DNA from: Octopus sinensis
Taxonomy: Eukaryota
NCBI RefSeq assembly: GCF_006345805.1
Contig: NC_043005.1
Coordinates: 9,982,001-10,046,000, forward strand
DNA: 64,000 nt
Direction: 5' to 3'
Shown here: in pieces, positions 41,437 through 54,265 of the stretch
How the letters are laid out: each line of letters starts with the position of its first letter
Numbering within the stretch: position 1 is the stretch's first letter
Notes under the pieces: model-generated
Databases searched by the model: none
What the model was told of the DNA's origin: nothing
The model's input: only the letters and a program-made list of their open reading frames with translations
Made by a program: the position numbers and the translations under genes

Positions 41437-43135
41437 TAAGGCTGCGAACTAAAAGAATTGTTAGCGCGTCGGACAAAATACTCAGCGGAATTTCTTCCGG
41501 ATCTTTACATTCTGATTTTAACTTTCGCAGTGGTCGATTGATAAAATAAGTACCAATTGAGCACTGGTTTCAAGTTAGTCCTCCTCAAATGACTGGCCTT
41601 GTGACAAAATTAGAAACTATTGTTAAATTATTATGTAGGATATGAGTTGTGCTCATCACTTGTGGCGTGCGAGATGTATCAAGTGAATTATTACACAACG
41701 GAGAGGACCTTCCCATTGGTTGGTTGCGAGCAGTATTTTTTCTGTTTACGAGTGCCGCAACTAGAGGCGAAACACTGGGGTGTTTTGTTGTGCACTTTTT
41801 TTGAGGGATGTGAAAAGACATACATAGAAATGCTTTATCGAGTGGGGTGCTCGTATGAACCTAATTTCATTAATGATTTAACGAGAAGAGGAAGGGAAAT
41901 GGTCATGACTTCTTTTCCTTGATAATCTATCAGCTGGGAGGAAGAGGGGACGTTATCTGCAAACCAGAGACCACACCGGATACCTGCGACATACTGATAT
42001 CCACTGAGGGCAATTAAGAGTCAGCGGATGGTGTTGCATTGGATAAAGGCGATGACCCTAAAGTAAAAATGATCCCTCAAATGGGCTGCCACACAGTTTC
42101 CATCGAGAAAAATTATCTCACAAGCCCTTGGCGCCCCAAAGCTACGATGAGAAGCACATTTACCGGGTTCCGCATAATGGAATCAAACCTCAAATCACGC
42201 AGTTGCAATGTTGAGTTTTTAACAACGCCGGAAGCGATGCGAACACCCACCACGACTATCATAGCTTCTGTAAATTCCTGTGACTCAAATTATTGAATTC
42301 TTTCCTGTACAATCATCAAATTATTTTCTTTATATCGTCGTTCAATGTGACATTGGCATCTCCTTGAATAGAATCTTCAACATCATTTAAAATACGACCA
42401 CAATTTTTTTAAAGATCTAAATCTTAGGACAACATTCCACACAACAAAGACAGAGTTGTGATCGATAGAATACCGATTGATCGATTATTTGATTAGTTAT
42501 TACGCAATCTCGAGTTTTCTTGAACAGAGCTGACTAAGACTATTGAATAACAACAATTGCCATTCTCCATAAAATAGGAATCTGAGTGAGAAATTCTTCA
42601 ATATCACTGTGACAACATCCTTTAAATCATGGCCTTGTAGCATGAAACAACTTCATTACCTAACGTTAACATACGTTGATAACTAAACCGATAAAAAATT
42701 AAGATGAGCGCTTTTAAGCCCAAATAATCCGAAAACACCAATATAATTTTATCCATTTCATTCAATCTTTCTCTTAAAACAGATAATTCTCATAAAAACT
42801 GCCTGAAATATCAAGATTTTGACTTCTCTGGCACCTGATACAATTCATCTCTATACTAGATTTAACTTTAAAATATCACTCACAATTCAAATATATTTTC
42901 TTGTCATTAATCTTCCGGAAAGCCTAATTTGACAAGATAAAGTAATTGCCTGATGAAATAAGTCCTTCATCCGATATCGCTGTGACCTCTTCGATTTTAT
43001 CAGAGATAATGAATACAATTCATAGATGCAGAAAAAATTTTGTTCGAAATTATTTTTCGCTATCTGAAACATTCATGCGTGCTCATATGTAAGCAGTTGA
43101 CCCTTAAATTTCAACCCACCAAAGTACTAGATATG

Positions 43136-43192
<57 letters not shown>

Positions 43193-43242
43193 TAGTGAGA
43201 GAGCAGTGCATACCATTATTATTATCATTACTATTATTATTA

Positions 43243-43273
<31 letters not shown>

Positions 43274-44109
43274 CATTATTATCAGCACTAGCAGCAGCAG
43301 CAGTAGTAGTAGTAGTAGTAGTATAGTAGTAGTAGTAGTAGTAGTAGTAGTAAGAGGAGGAAGAGGAGGTCAAGGAGGGGTGTTTGTTATTGTTGCTATA
43401 TAGTTCCAAGACAGTCGTAATTGAGCAAACCAATATCGAAAGAGACATCCAGCCGTGACTATCTAATCGTATTTTCATATGAAGTGTATCTACAAATGAA
43501 TCATGTGATTTTCCTTTTTTTTATAAAGCAGTACAATACCATTTAATGGAAATTTGATTGCTATTTCTAAGAGATTGCTTAAGGTTCTCTTTCTGTCACA
43601 TTTTTGATTAATAGGTTGGATTGACATATATAAATGTTTTTGGATAAGTATGAACGTCTCTATACATCCTCTCAGTTCGTCTAATGTTTTACGCCTGGGT
43701 AAGAAGAAGCCATTTTAATCTAGCGTGATCTCAAATGTAGTACAATTGTGGAGACAAACTAATTATTCCTGTAGTTCAGTCGTTATTTATTTAATTCCTA
43801 CTTACCTACCAACAATAAGGTATAAGTGTCAAGGTCTCTGCTACACAAGGAGTTTAGAAAAATCTCCATCATATTCGTTCGACATACTAGAAATAATATC
43901 CGGATGTCTCTCGAATTATACCCAACAGTCTTAACTGATAAAGTAGCCCTCAGAGTACTCGACGTGAGAAAAACATACAGCTTCGTCACGGTTGGAATGC
44001 TTTTGGCCACATATCAGCTTCATCAATGCTAACCTCGGCTTAAGCAATAAAAATATTATCCCAAAGATGATGGTGACAATTAATTCCTTCATTTCATGAC
44101 GTTTCTCTT

Positions 44110-44315
44110 CCCCTTTCTGCAGTTCAAGAGTTTTTATAATGGCTTCTCTGCCTCTGAGTTATTAAGTTTCGAATCACCCCTACCTCAGCCTGTCTAATGG
44201 ACTCGTTCCTACTCTTTCCTTCATTCATGCTGTATTTCAATCTCAGAGATACAGCACTAAATAGTTCCTTCAATGCTTCCTCCCCAGAACTACAACACCT
44301 TGGAATGACTTAAGA
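44110..44315 (+). pseudogene. C-terminal ORF2 remnant of a CR1/L2-like LINE
   Basis: Segments YNGFSASELLS and FLPRTTTPWNDL resemble the FFPRTxxLWNxL terminus of CR1/L2-group ORF2. Confidence 0.5.
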
Positions 44316-45321
44316 AATTCAAACTAAGTACCTATTGCATCGACAGGTCTTTGGTTACCTTAGGTATCGCTCTTCCACCTCTAAAAATATAAAATATGGT
44401 TGCAGAGGTAAGAGGTGGTGGTAAGTGCATCAATATAATTGTGAAGATGTTTGCAGTAGCAGAAGAATGATGGCGTCGACTAAGTTGATGATAAGAGACC
44501 ATGAATAGGTTTTCAAAAGCTCTTGAAAATGTTACATTTAGAATACAATGATGCGTGGAAGATACATGGAACTCATTTCACAATTGTTTTTTCTCTAAAA
44601 TATTTTATACTTTATAAACTTTCTTTTTAGTTCATTAAAAACTATCCTTTTTCACTATCCTTCATACTGTTCACATAGTCTCAAATTCCACACTTCAACT
44701 TTTCAAAAACACATTGTATTCTTGAAAGAAAAACAAAAATGACAAGATTATCAAAACTGAAATCGCTTTCTTCATAATTTTGCTCACTAAAGTTTAAAAT
44801 GGATTTTGAAAGATGTGGGGCGCCTGGAGTCAGACTCGAACTCATTGCACTATATTCAGTTGTCCGATACCTTAACCACTGAGCTATTATTAAGTTTTCT
44901 TGAATTTATTAGAAGGATATGCTACAGTAATTATTTACTTTCCTCGAATTACTAAATAACTATTTTGTTAAGGTAAATATAATCCATTAATGCATCCCTA
45001 ATATATTTCTCCATATTACTTTGGGGAGATTAAATATAAATTATATTATGGCTGGATTTGAATTCAAAAGTTAGTAGGGTGAAGCTGTATAGTATTTTGC
45101 CTTATACTCTCCTGTTTCTAGCATCGCATTCATCTCTGTATTATATCTATTACGTTCATTGAATTCAAGAAAATCATCTGGTAGGAAGGAGGAAGTACTG
45201 TTGTTGTTAGGTTTCAGATCAAAGAGGATCAATAAGTCCCATGACAAGACATAATCCAGCCTTGAGAAGTGCATGCTACCTCCAGCCCGGTGCATCTAGA
45301 TTCACATTAACTAGCATAAGA

Positions 45322-45644
45322 GGAGGAGACCCCTTCGGTCATGAATGACCATGGGATTGCACCGAGGCACAAGTCAGGGCAAGGTTGTTTATGGAAGACC
45401 AGTAGTGGCCCATGCATACTGGCCTCCCCTCTCCACGTCACCAGTGTTATCCAAGGGAAAGGCAAAGGGGCCGATACAGCTTGGCACCTGTGACGTCGCA
45501 ACTCATTTCTACAGTTGAGTGAACTGGAGCAACGTGAAATAAAGTGTCTTGCTCAAGAACACAACACGCAGCCCGGACCGGGAATCGAACTCACAACCTC
45601 ACGATCGTAAAATCGACGCTCTAACCACTGAGTCATGCGCCTTC
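45322..45644 (-). mobile_element. SINE family B
   Basis: Full-length reverse match to 3208-3544. Confidence 0.85.
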
Positions 45645-46489
45645 ACTGCATAAACGTATCTATTTTCAAAGGAAGTAGCTTTTTTTATGGAAATGACTAC
45701 TTTTATGAAAATGTATGATAGTAAAGGCAACTAACGAGTATTCTGGCGCTAACAATTGGGTATTGTTTAAAATTGAAGTTTAAGTGGATAGAATTGACGT
45801 AAATTTCAGTGAAACTGGAAAGTTTTAGAAGTGAAAGTGAATAATATTTAAAACTGAAGTATGATGTAGACTCTTCAAAAATGATCTGAAATTAGACTGT
45901 AGGGAAGACAACCGTCCTTTAAAACCGAAGTGTACGTGGGCAGGCGTGTGAACTATAGTGAAAACAGACAGTGTTTTTAAAATGGACAGTAGCGAAAATC
46001 TTTAGAACTAAACCAAAATTGAACATTCGTGTGAACTGTAATGAAAGGAGGCAGTCTTTAGAACTAAATTCAGAATGGATAGACAGAACTGAAATTCGAC
46101 TATCTTGTAAACTGCAATACAATTTTCGTCCATTTATCCCAGTTATTTGGCAGGCAGATTCAATCTTTTGCCCCATTGTACAGTTATAAATAGGTACGAA
46201 AATTATTCAGCTCACTGCTTGGAGGCTGGTAGCAATCTGTAATAATTAAGTCGTATTTCTTTTTCTTTTAAGCTTATTACGTTTGAAAACTCTTGGGTGG
46301 AGAGATATTTCTCCAACATGTTATAATCTTGAATAATTGTATAAACACTACACACTCCAAGCTCCAGCACAACGCTTTCTAGAAAGAAAATATATTTCGT
46401 ATAGTTGTTCATCATTCTTTAAGACGTCATCGTTAAAAGGCAGACATTTGCTCTTATTCAATTTTAATGTTTTAACTTTATTGCAATTC

Positions 46490-46700
46490 AGGCGGCGAGC
46501 TGGCAGAATCGTTAGCGTGCTGGACGAAATGCTTAGTGGTATTTCGTCTGTCTTTACGTTCTGAGTTCTAATTCCACCGAGGTCGACTTTGACTTTCATC
46601 CTTTCGGGGTCGATAAAATAAGTACCAGTTGAACACTGAGGTCGATGTAATCGATTCATCTCCTCCCCCAAAATTGCTCCCCTTGTGGAAAATTCGAAAC
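46490..46700 (+). mobile_element. SINE family C, tail-2-like
   Basis: Head and core match family C. Confidence 0.8.
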
Positions 46701-47422
46701 CATTATTATTATTATTATTATTATTTGGTGAGAGAGCAGTGCATGTCATTATTATTATCATTACTATTATTATCATCATCGGCAGGAGTAGCAGCAGCAA
46801 CAGTAGTAGTAGTAGTAGTGTTTGTTATTGTTGCTATATACAAGTTTTATCAAAATTTTCAAGTGTGAAGTCTACTTTTTATTCAGTTTTAATTTTCTTT
46901 GCATTTTCATTGTAAAATTCAGGACAAGGAGACCTGCACAGTTATTATATTAGAGTACATCTCCATAGTATGTACATCTTCATAGTATGTTTATCTTCAT
47001 AGTATGTTGATTTGTATCAAACTCACATACAGTGTCATTAGAGGGTTTGCATCCCGTGTGTTCAAAATCACCAAAGACTTCACTGCTTTACTTGTGGTAC
47101 GACCAAAGAGGGGCGGTTTAGAAGGTTTTTCCTTGATTTCTCGCGACTCTGCATGGTATTCACTCGAGCATTATTTTTGCTCATCTGTTTTCTGCGACAG
47201 ACACACTTTCATAATGGTTATGCCTGATAGAATATAGGGACATTAGCATTTTCACATAGAGACTGTTAGCATTAGTGGGCTTTAAACTGCCTGATATCAG
47301 TTGAAAGGAATGTTTTTAGCACGGCAACGTTTCAAATCAGATCCTAGAAATCCTTACAACTTAAAAGAGATCATGCAGTGCTAGAGTTGCACTGTCAAAT
47401 ACAAGTGGTATCTTAGCATGAC

Positions 47423-47834
47423 GGCGAGCTGGCAGTAACGTTAGCACGCCAGGCGAAATGCGTTGCCGTATTTCGTCTGCCGTTACGTTCCGAGTTCAAA
47501 TTCCACCGAGGTCGACTTTGCTTTTCATCCTTTCGGGGTCGATTAAATAAATACCAGTTACGCACTGGGGTCGATTTAATCGACTAAATCCGCTTGTCTG
47601 TCCTTGTTTGTCCTCTCTGTGTTTAGCCCCTTGTGGGTAGTAAAGAAATAGGTATTTCGTCTGCCGTTATGTTCTCAGTTCAAATTCCGCCGAGGTTGAC
47701 TTTGCCTTTCATCCTTTCGAGGTCGATTAAATAAGTACCAGTTACGCACTGGGGTCGATATAATCGACTTAATCTGTTTGCCTGTCCTTGTTTGTCATCT
47801 CTGTGTTTGACCCCTTGTGGGTAGTAAAGAAATA
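47423..47834 (+). mobile_element. SINE family C dimer with a single 16-bp TSD
   Basis: Second unit 47651-47834 (184 bp); TSD GGTATCTTAGCATGAC (47407-47422) / GGTATCCTAGCATGAC (47835-47850). Confidence 0.9.
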
Positions 47835-47906
47835 GGTATCCTAGCATGACTATAATAAACTGATTGGTATAAGAATGACAGTGAAAGAAAAAGAGAATTC
47901 TCCATA

Positions 47907-48303
47907 TCTTTATATATAAAAGAGAGGTTGTGTGCTGTCTGTCTCCTACGATTTAGATTCCTAACTACTCCCACATTTTGCGGTGCAGTTTAACCAAAAC
48001 CGGGTATCTTATAGTCGTGATTCATATCGAGCCCTTCTGGGTATTTGTGCGCGTCTACGATGAGTCTACGATTTTTTAAAAAATTACCATCAATTTTTCC
48101 CATTTTTAATGCATTTTTGGCATATATAAGGGAAGTAACTCTCTAAAAATTTATTATTAAATCTCAGAACGTAAAAAGCTACAGTAACACCCCCCTTTGT
48201 GGTTAACCATATTGAGATGGCTATTATACTACTTTACATCTCTAAAAATGCTTATATAGTTATTTCCCTTACAAACCCGAGCAACGCCGGGCGATACTGC
48301 TAG
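47907..48303 (+). mobile_element. Non-autonomous Helitron, ~397 bp
   Basis: a|TC ... hairpin CTAG|t; near-identical to 12818-13214. Confidence 0.9.
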
Positions 48304-49308
48304 TTAAATAAATGATTTTTTTAACATCAAACCTATTTTTGACAATGGAGTTTAATTCAGTAATTCGTGTTTGTAGATCAAAATATAACTTCCAATATTA
48401 GTTTTATATGTCGGTACATAGTTTGTCTTATCTATACATCAGCATTGAACAGAATCCTAATCATATCTATATAAAGAAATTGTCTCTTCTATAAAATGTG
48501 ACTTTTTTTTTGTTTCTATGCCCCTATATTTTACACAAATGACGTCAAGTTAATCCCCGTGTAAATTTTCAATTTCGAAAATCCAAAATTAGTCCTGTCA
48601 TTTAAAATGTCTGATGACCCTAAACTATTCACTGAATGGCGGTTTTTATTTGTTTTAATTAAATTTCCTGATGGAAACAAATGAATACAATTTGTACGAG
48701 TTTAATTACATCATGATTCACGCATGGAATAATTTCAGTTGAAGATATTCAAAAGCGTCACAGTTCTGCAACAGCAACTGAAGAATTGCTCAAATGGAAC
48801 ATCTTTCTATAAAACGCACAATTATTCCAATATTTGCTGCTGCAGCAATTTTCTATCATCAATTCCCATCTGGAGCCATATTATTTTCGTCCAACGTTGT
48901 TCGCTATTAATTTCTGAACTACACGCCTACGTTAATCACCCCCTCTTCCTCTCACTCTTATTGTTTGTTATACGTGTCTTTATTTCATTCCTTATTATGT
49001 TTGTTTAGATTCTATTCAACAGTTTTTAAGTACTGATGTTTTTTTGCTAATCAACTTAGAAATAAATGACTTTTATGTACACTGTCAATCGACAGCTTTC
49101 ATTAAGTCTTTCTGTTTTTTTTTGTTTTTTTTAGCAGTAACTAAATGCCAGACGGAAGGCTTTCAATGAATTCGTTAAGTGATCAAGTAAGCGAACACTG
49201 TTACCTCAGTTCAGCATTATGTCAGTACACGAGACACCTCATCGATCTACGAGTGCAACTAGTACACAAGTATACGTGTACTAAATATTTAATCGTTCTA
49301 CTCCTTTT

Positions 49309-49414
<106 letters not shown>

Positions 49415-50056
49415 GTAATATTTATATTATTATTGCGGCCGTCGTCATAATCATCATCATCATCATCATCATCCATCTTGCTGCTGTCACGAAATTGATT
49501 TTATTCAACTGTATTTCAATACACGAGAATGAATATAAATGAAGACATGCCATTTGTTGTGCATTATGGTGAATATAATTAGAACGCATTTAACTGTGTG
49601 ACAAATTCTCATAGAGTCAACACACAGCGGAAGTTAACTACAAAGAACGGCTTATTTCGTAAACTCTCCTCTTGCGAATGTAAACATTGGACACTCAAAG
49701 TTGAGTAGCTTTTTGTAATTCGTTGAATAAAAAGGTCCCAAAAAGATGCATTCAAGGCGACTTTCTACTTGACCTGAGATATATTATGCGCTATGATATA
49801 GCTATAGTTTTTATCAACTAATAATTGAAATAGGAAAAGAAATAAATTATGACCACGTATTTCTACAGTAATTATCTTATGTAATAACCTCAGGGCACAT
49901 AATTGACAGGCTTCTAATGAATTGTATTATATTATAGATTATATTAAATGAACTACATGAGAGTCTATAGTAATTTGTAACTGATAATGCTTTAACTTGT
50001 ATGGAAATAAATACATAAACAGCTTCTGTTTAATGGGAATATATATATATATATAT

Positions 50057-50090
<34 letters not shown>

Positions 50091-50091
<1 letters not shown>

Positions 50092-50593
50092 TGTTTCTTT
50101 ATTAGCCACACAGGGCTGCACACAGACAGAACAAATTAGAAGGTAGAGCTTTTCTTTTGGGGGTAAAAAAAGGGGGGGGTCGATCAAAAGAGATCGTAAA
50201 AGGAAAGAAAGAGGACAAAAAAGGGGAGGATTTAAAAAAATAAAAGGGGGTGGGAGGGGGAAAAAAAGAAAAGGGGAGAGGAAAAAAAAGTTGATCAATA
50301 GGGATCGTAATCACAGAAATGTCAATATGAAGTGTAAAGGGGAGGACAGGTGAGGTTTACCCGTGGAAAGAAAAGCCTACGGAAAAGACCACGGTAACCT
50401 CGATCAATTAAGTCACATGTTATATTTCTTTTTTTTTTTTTGCAAATAAGCAACTCTCTGTATTAATTTTTACGGTTCATAGAATCATAGTCAAGGTGGC
50501 TTCGTCATTCATACGTGCCATCCTTGCTACACTCACCCATCTTTTTTTAAAACATTCACTAGACAAAACTTGCCTCTCTACTCTCACTTTCCT
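50091..50593 (-). mobile_element. Heavily 5'-truncated Tx1/L1-clade LINE: last codons of ORF2 plus 3' UTR
   Basis: Colinear with 61335-61850; KVRVERQVLSSECFKKRWVSVARMA; (GATA)n on both flanks. Confidence 0.85.
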
Positions 50594-50620
50594 CAGATAG
50601 ATAGATAGATTGATAGATAT

Positions 50621-50810
50621 AGGTGAGGTGGCAGAAACGCTAGCGGTTTTTCGTCCGTCTTTATGTTCTGAGTTCAAATTCCGGCGAGGTCGATTTGCTT
50701 TTCATCCTTTCGGTGTCGACAAATTAATTACCAGTTGTGTATTGGGGTCGATCTAATCGACTGGACCTCTCCCCCAAATTTTGGGCCTTGTGCCTAGAGT
50801 AGAAAAGAAT
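50621..50810 (+). mobile_element. SINE family C, tail-2 variant
   Basis: Head, core and tail-2 all match. Confidence 0.8.
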
Positions 50811-50823
50811 ATGTATATATTTA

Positions 50824-50862
<39 letters not shown>

Positions 50863-52064
50863 TTAATCGCTACAACTGTTTCATCGCAATGTAGTTCTTC
50901 AGGAATACAGGGAGTGTATGTGTGAGCACGCGTGTCTATGTGTGTATGTATCCAACCACTGAATACTAAAGGTCAGCTAAAAAAATTCATGTGTAGCCAA
51001 CCATGAACAACAGATCAGTGATACAACCAAATGAAATACCAATCCCTTTCAAATGCCAGCCAGCACCAAAATAGCCATCTACTACCATTCATAGCAGTCC
51101 GCCAAACTCATTCTGGCAGCACACACCATGAGTCTATCAGCTACTACTATTCAAACCACGATGGACAGAGGGGTAGGCTTGAAGTTGAAGATTTTAAGCT
51201 AACGGAGACGACACTCGCATATCGACAGAGGAAACACAGCTAGATGTCATTATGCACACAAACAGTTGCAAAATCAAATACCTGTATTCCTGGAGAATAC
51301 GTTGCGTCGAAACAATTGTAGCGCTTAAAAATAATTCTCCAACCGTATTCCTTCTTGTTGACTGCAATTTCTTCAATTCTATAATCACACACAACGAATG
51401 CCCAAACTTAAAGTTGGAAGAGTAAAATAGCACTACCGGGCAATTCTAAAGGCGTCGAGCTTCGAGCTTCGAGCTTTATAATGGACTCTACCATGTTCTT
51501 AACGGAATATACCAAAACTATATATATTTAAAAAAAGGAGATGTGGAACACGAGTTGTGATATATAAAAAAAAGGAAATTAAGAAAATGCTAACAAAATA
51601 ATTTAAGTAAGGGAGAGTGTATTTAATTAGGTGAAAGTTCTTTTTACCGGTTGCGCATTTGTTATGCTTATCAAAAGATATTTTTTTAAGAGAGATAGAG
51701 TTCCTTTCTGATAGATTTTTTCTCTTATATATATATATATATATATATATATCTTATTATAAAAGGCAGATTTTATCTGCCTCCCTTTGTAAGTTATAGA
51801 AATCTACAATATAGGATTTCTTCAATTACAATTTAAAATTTAAAATTTAAACTCCAATTAAGCAAAATTTACAGAAAACTCACATTCTGGTGTGTATGTC
51901 AAATGTTTTTCTTAATGTGGTTTACACCACACAAACACGCAAACGCACACACACAAAGGAGCGAATTGTTTCACTGACGCTATCACCCCTCTCCTCCTTT
52001 GTTTTTGCAAGTTTGCAGCTATTAAAGTGAAAACAGTGAATCCGACAGCGATAAAGAAAACGAA

Positions 52065-52686
52065 TTGGTACCTGAATGGAGTGAAAATTTAAAAACTGTT
52101 TCTTTCGGTGATTTTTCTGAAGAAACTGCACCAAGCCACAGACTTTCCCAGAAGAGTAAAGCCTTAGACTATTTCTATTTACTTTTTCGAATGAGCCCAT
52201 TTGAAATCATTACGGCAGAAACGAACTGTTACGCTAAACGTAAACAAAACGAAAGAAAGAATAGTTTGTTATTTCCCACAACCTTAAATGAAATTAAGGC
52301 CTATTTTGCCATAAATATTATTATGGGTATCAGAAAGTTACTCAGAATAACAAATTCTATCGTAAAATTTTGTTGTATACCCAATTGAATATTAGCTAAT
52401 AACCCATTTTCTATAGCGATGTTTGAACAAAATTTTAATAATTTTATATATTGTTGAATTTACCTGTATCTACTTGCAATTAGAGTCACTTTGTGACTAA
52501 AATTATAGTATAGAATTGGTTGAGGACATTTCATTAAATTATCTTCCAAAATTCACGTTAATATATTGATAAATAAAAAATTTATTGTTGTTTAATGAAA
52601 CCAGACTAAATTTATGATTACGTTAGAAATTAATTGAAACACATAAGGGGTGTATTTGGTCAGAAATATAGTAACGAAAGGGTTAA
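52065..52686 (+). pseudogene. piggyBac-like transposase N-terminal fragment with right end
   Basis: ALDYFYLLF...FEIITAETNCYA...PTTLNEIKAYFAINIIMGIRKL matches the N-terminal DDE_Tnp_1_7/PGBD pattern; putative right end ...GTAACGAAAGGG|TTAA at ~52686. Confidence 0.75.
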
Positions 52687-52791
52687 GAAAAACCAAAAAA
52701 TATTTTATTCTTATAAATGTTGTATTCAAAATAACATTTTCTTTTAAGAATGTGTATAACAAAGTATGTGTATATAACTACGTGACTTATA

Positions 52792-53187
52792 TCTTTATAT
52801 ATAAGAGTGAAGTTGTGTATCTGTCTCCTACGATTTAGATTCCTAACTACTCCCACATTTTGCGGTGCAGTGTAACCAAAACCGGGTATCTTATAGTCGT
52901 GAGTCATATCGAGCCCTTCTGGGTATTAGCGCGCGTCTACGATGAGTCTACGATTTTAAAAAATTTACCATCATATTTTTCCATTTTAATGCATTTTTTC
53001 GCTATTATATAAGGGAAGTAACTCTCTAAAAATATCTACGATGTGTCAACGATTTAAAAAGAAATTTACCTTAATTTTTTTTCCATTTTTAATGCATTTT
53101 TTTCCTATTTTTTGGCTATAACTCTCTAAAAATGCTTATATAGTTATTTCCCTTACAAACCCGAGCAACGCCGGGCGATACTGCTAG
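52792..53187 (+). mobile_element. Non-autonomous Helitron, ~396 bp
   Basis: a|TC ... CCCGAGCAACGCCGGG ... CTAG|t; same subfamily as 1408-1802. Confidence 0.9.
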
Positions 53188-53200
53188 TATATATATATAT

Positions 53201-53598
53201 AGGCGCAGGAGTGGCTGTGTGGTAAGTAGCTTGCTAACCAGTCACATGGTTGCGGGTTCAGTACCACTGTGTGGCATCTTGGGCAAGTGTCTTCTGCTAT
53301 AGCCCCGGGTCGACCAATGCCTTGTGAGTGGATTTGATAGACGGAAACTGAAAGAAGCCTGTCGTATATATGTATATATATATGTGTGTGTGTGTTTGTG
53401 TGTCTTTGTTTGTCCCCCTAGCATTGCTTGATAACCGATGCTGGTGTGTTTACGTCCCCGTCACTTAGCGGTTCGGCAAAATAGACCGATAGAATAGGTA
53501 CTGGGCTTACAAAGAATAAGTCCCGGGGTCGATTTGCTCGACTAAAGGCGGTGCTCCAGCATGGCCGCAGTCAAATGACTGAAACAAGTAAATGAGTA

Positions 53599-53600
<2 letters not shown>
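53201..53600 (+). mobile_element. SINE family A
   Basis: Full length. Confidence 0.9.
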
Positions 53601-53645
<45 letters not shown>

Positions 53646-53649
<4 letters not shown>

Positions 53650-54239
53650 ATTTAGGAATGGCCTTAACAGGCCATTCGTCCACTAGACAGAGCAGCCATA
53701 ACTCTAACCGCCAAATAATGTAATTCGGAAATAGGTGAACAATTAAAAACGTTTACCCTAATTCATCTTTTAGACGATGCATCGTTTCTGCGTTTTTAAT
53801 GATAGACCAGCTTAATTAAATTAAATTAAGCTAATCTACCATAGGTCACGCTTCGTCAGTAAAGAAACCTTTGGTAGAGGCAAATATACACGAGGCTACT
53901 GCATCGAAGCCTCTGGGATATCTGTCTTAAAATTTTCGAAGACCAGCGCAATCGCGCCAACCTTATCAGCAGCAAATATAAACTGCCGATTCAATCTCAG
54001 AATTAGTCAGAAAATAATCAATTAATCAATTTAGGGTAGTAAAAAATTCGATAGAAATTTATCACTACCAGCGGCACAGTGGAAAAGAAAAATAGTCATG
54101 AGACTAAAATGTAAATATATATAACAATTTAGGAATGGCCTTAACAGGCCATTCGTCCACTAGACAGAGCAGCCATAACTCTAACCGCTGGTAGTGATAA
54201 ATTTCTATCGAATTTTTTTACTACCCTAAATTGATTAAT
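53646..54239 (-). mobile_element. Penelope-like element remnant: direct repeat, inverted tail and hammerhead motif
   Basis: 66-bp direct repeat 53646-53711 / 54123-54188; ~54-bp inverted repeat 54021-54074 / 54185-54239; (TA)n on both flanks. Confidence 0.65.
53767..53864 (-). ncRNA. Type-I hammerhead ribozyme candidate with canonical core and GUC site
   Basis: Minus strand: UUUA CUGACGA A GCGU...(long hairpin)...ACGC A GAAA CGAUGCAUCG UC UAAA; stem III is the perfect palindrome ACGATGCATCGT. Confidence 0.7.
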
Positions 54240-54265
54240 ATATATATATATATATATATATACAC

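Noticed and set aside
42300-43070. Long, stop-interrupted protein-like reading on the minus strand
   Set aside because: No family could be recognised; it may be chance in AT-rich DNA. A translated search would decide.
32825-43945. Phase-compatible minus-strand exon chain (~43806-43940, 32939-~32830, then ~30190) reading ...DLDTYTLLLVAKRMRLDDLCDLC...
   Set aside because: The protein is not recognisable. The acceptor at 32940 coincides with a recurrent repeat motif (GCTATTTCTAG) seen elsewhere in the window, and the middle donor is weak. RNA-seq is needed.
44815-44890. tRNA-like A/B boxes on the minus strand
   Set aside because: No cloverleaf can be formed; most likely an old SINE head.
49134-49192. 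Possible + strand first coding exon MPDGRLSMNSLSDQ|gtaagc
   Set aside because: The splice signals look plausible, but it is too short and no downstream partner exon could be supported.
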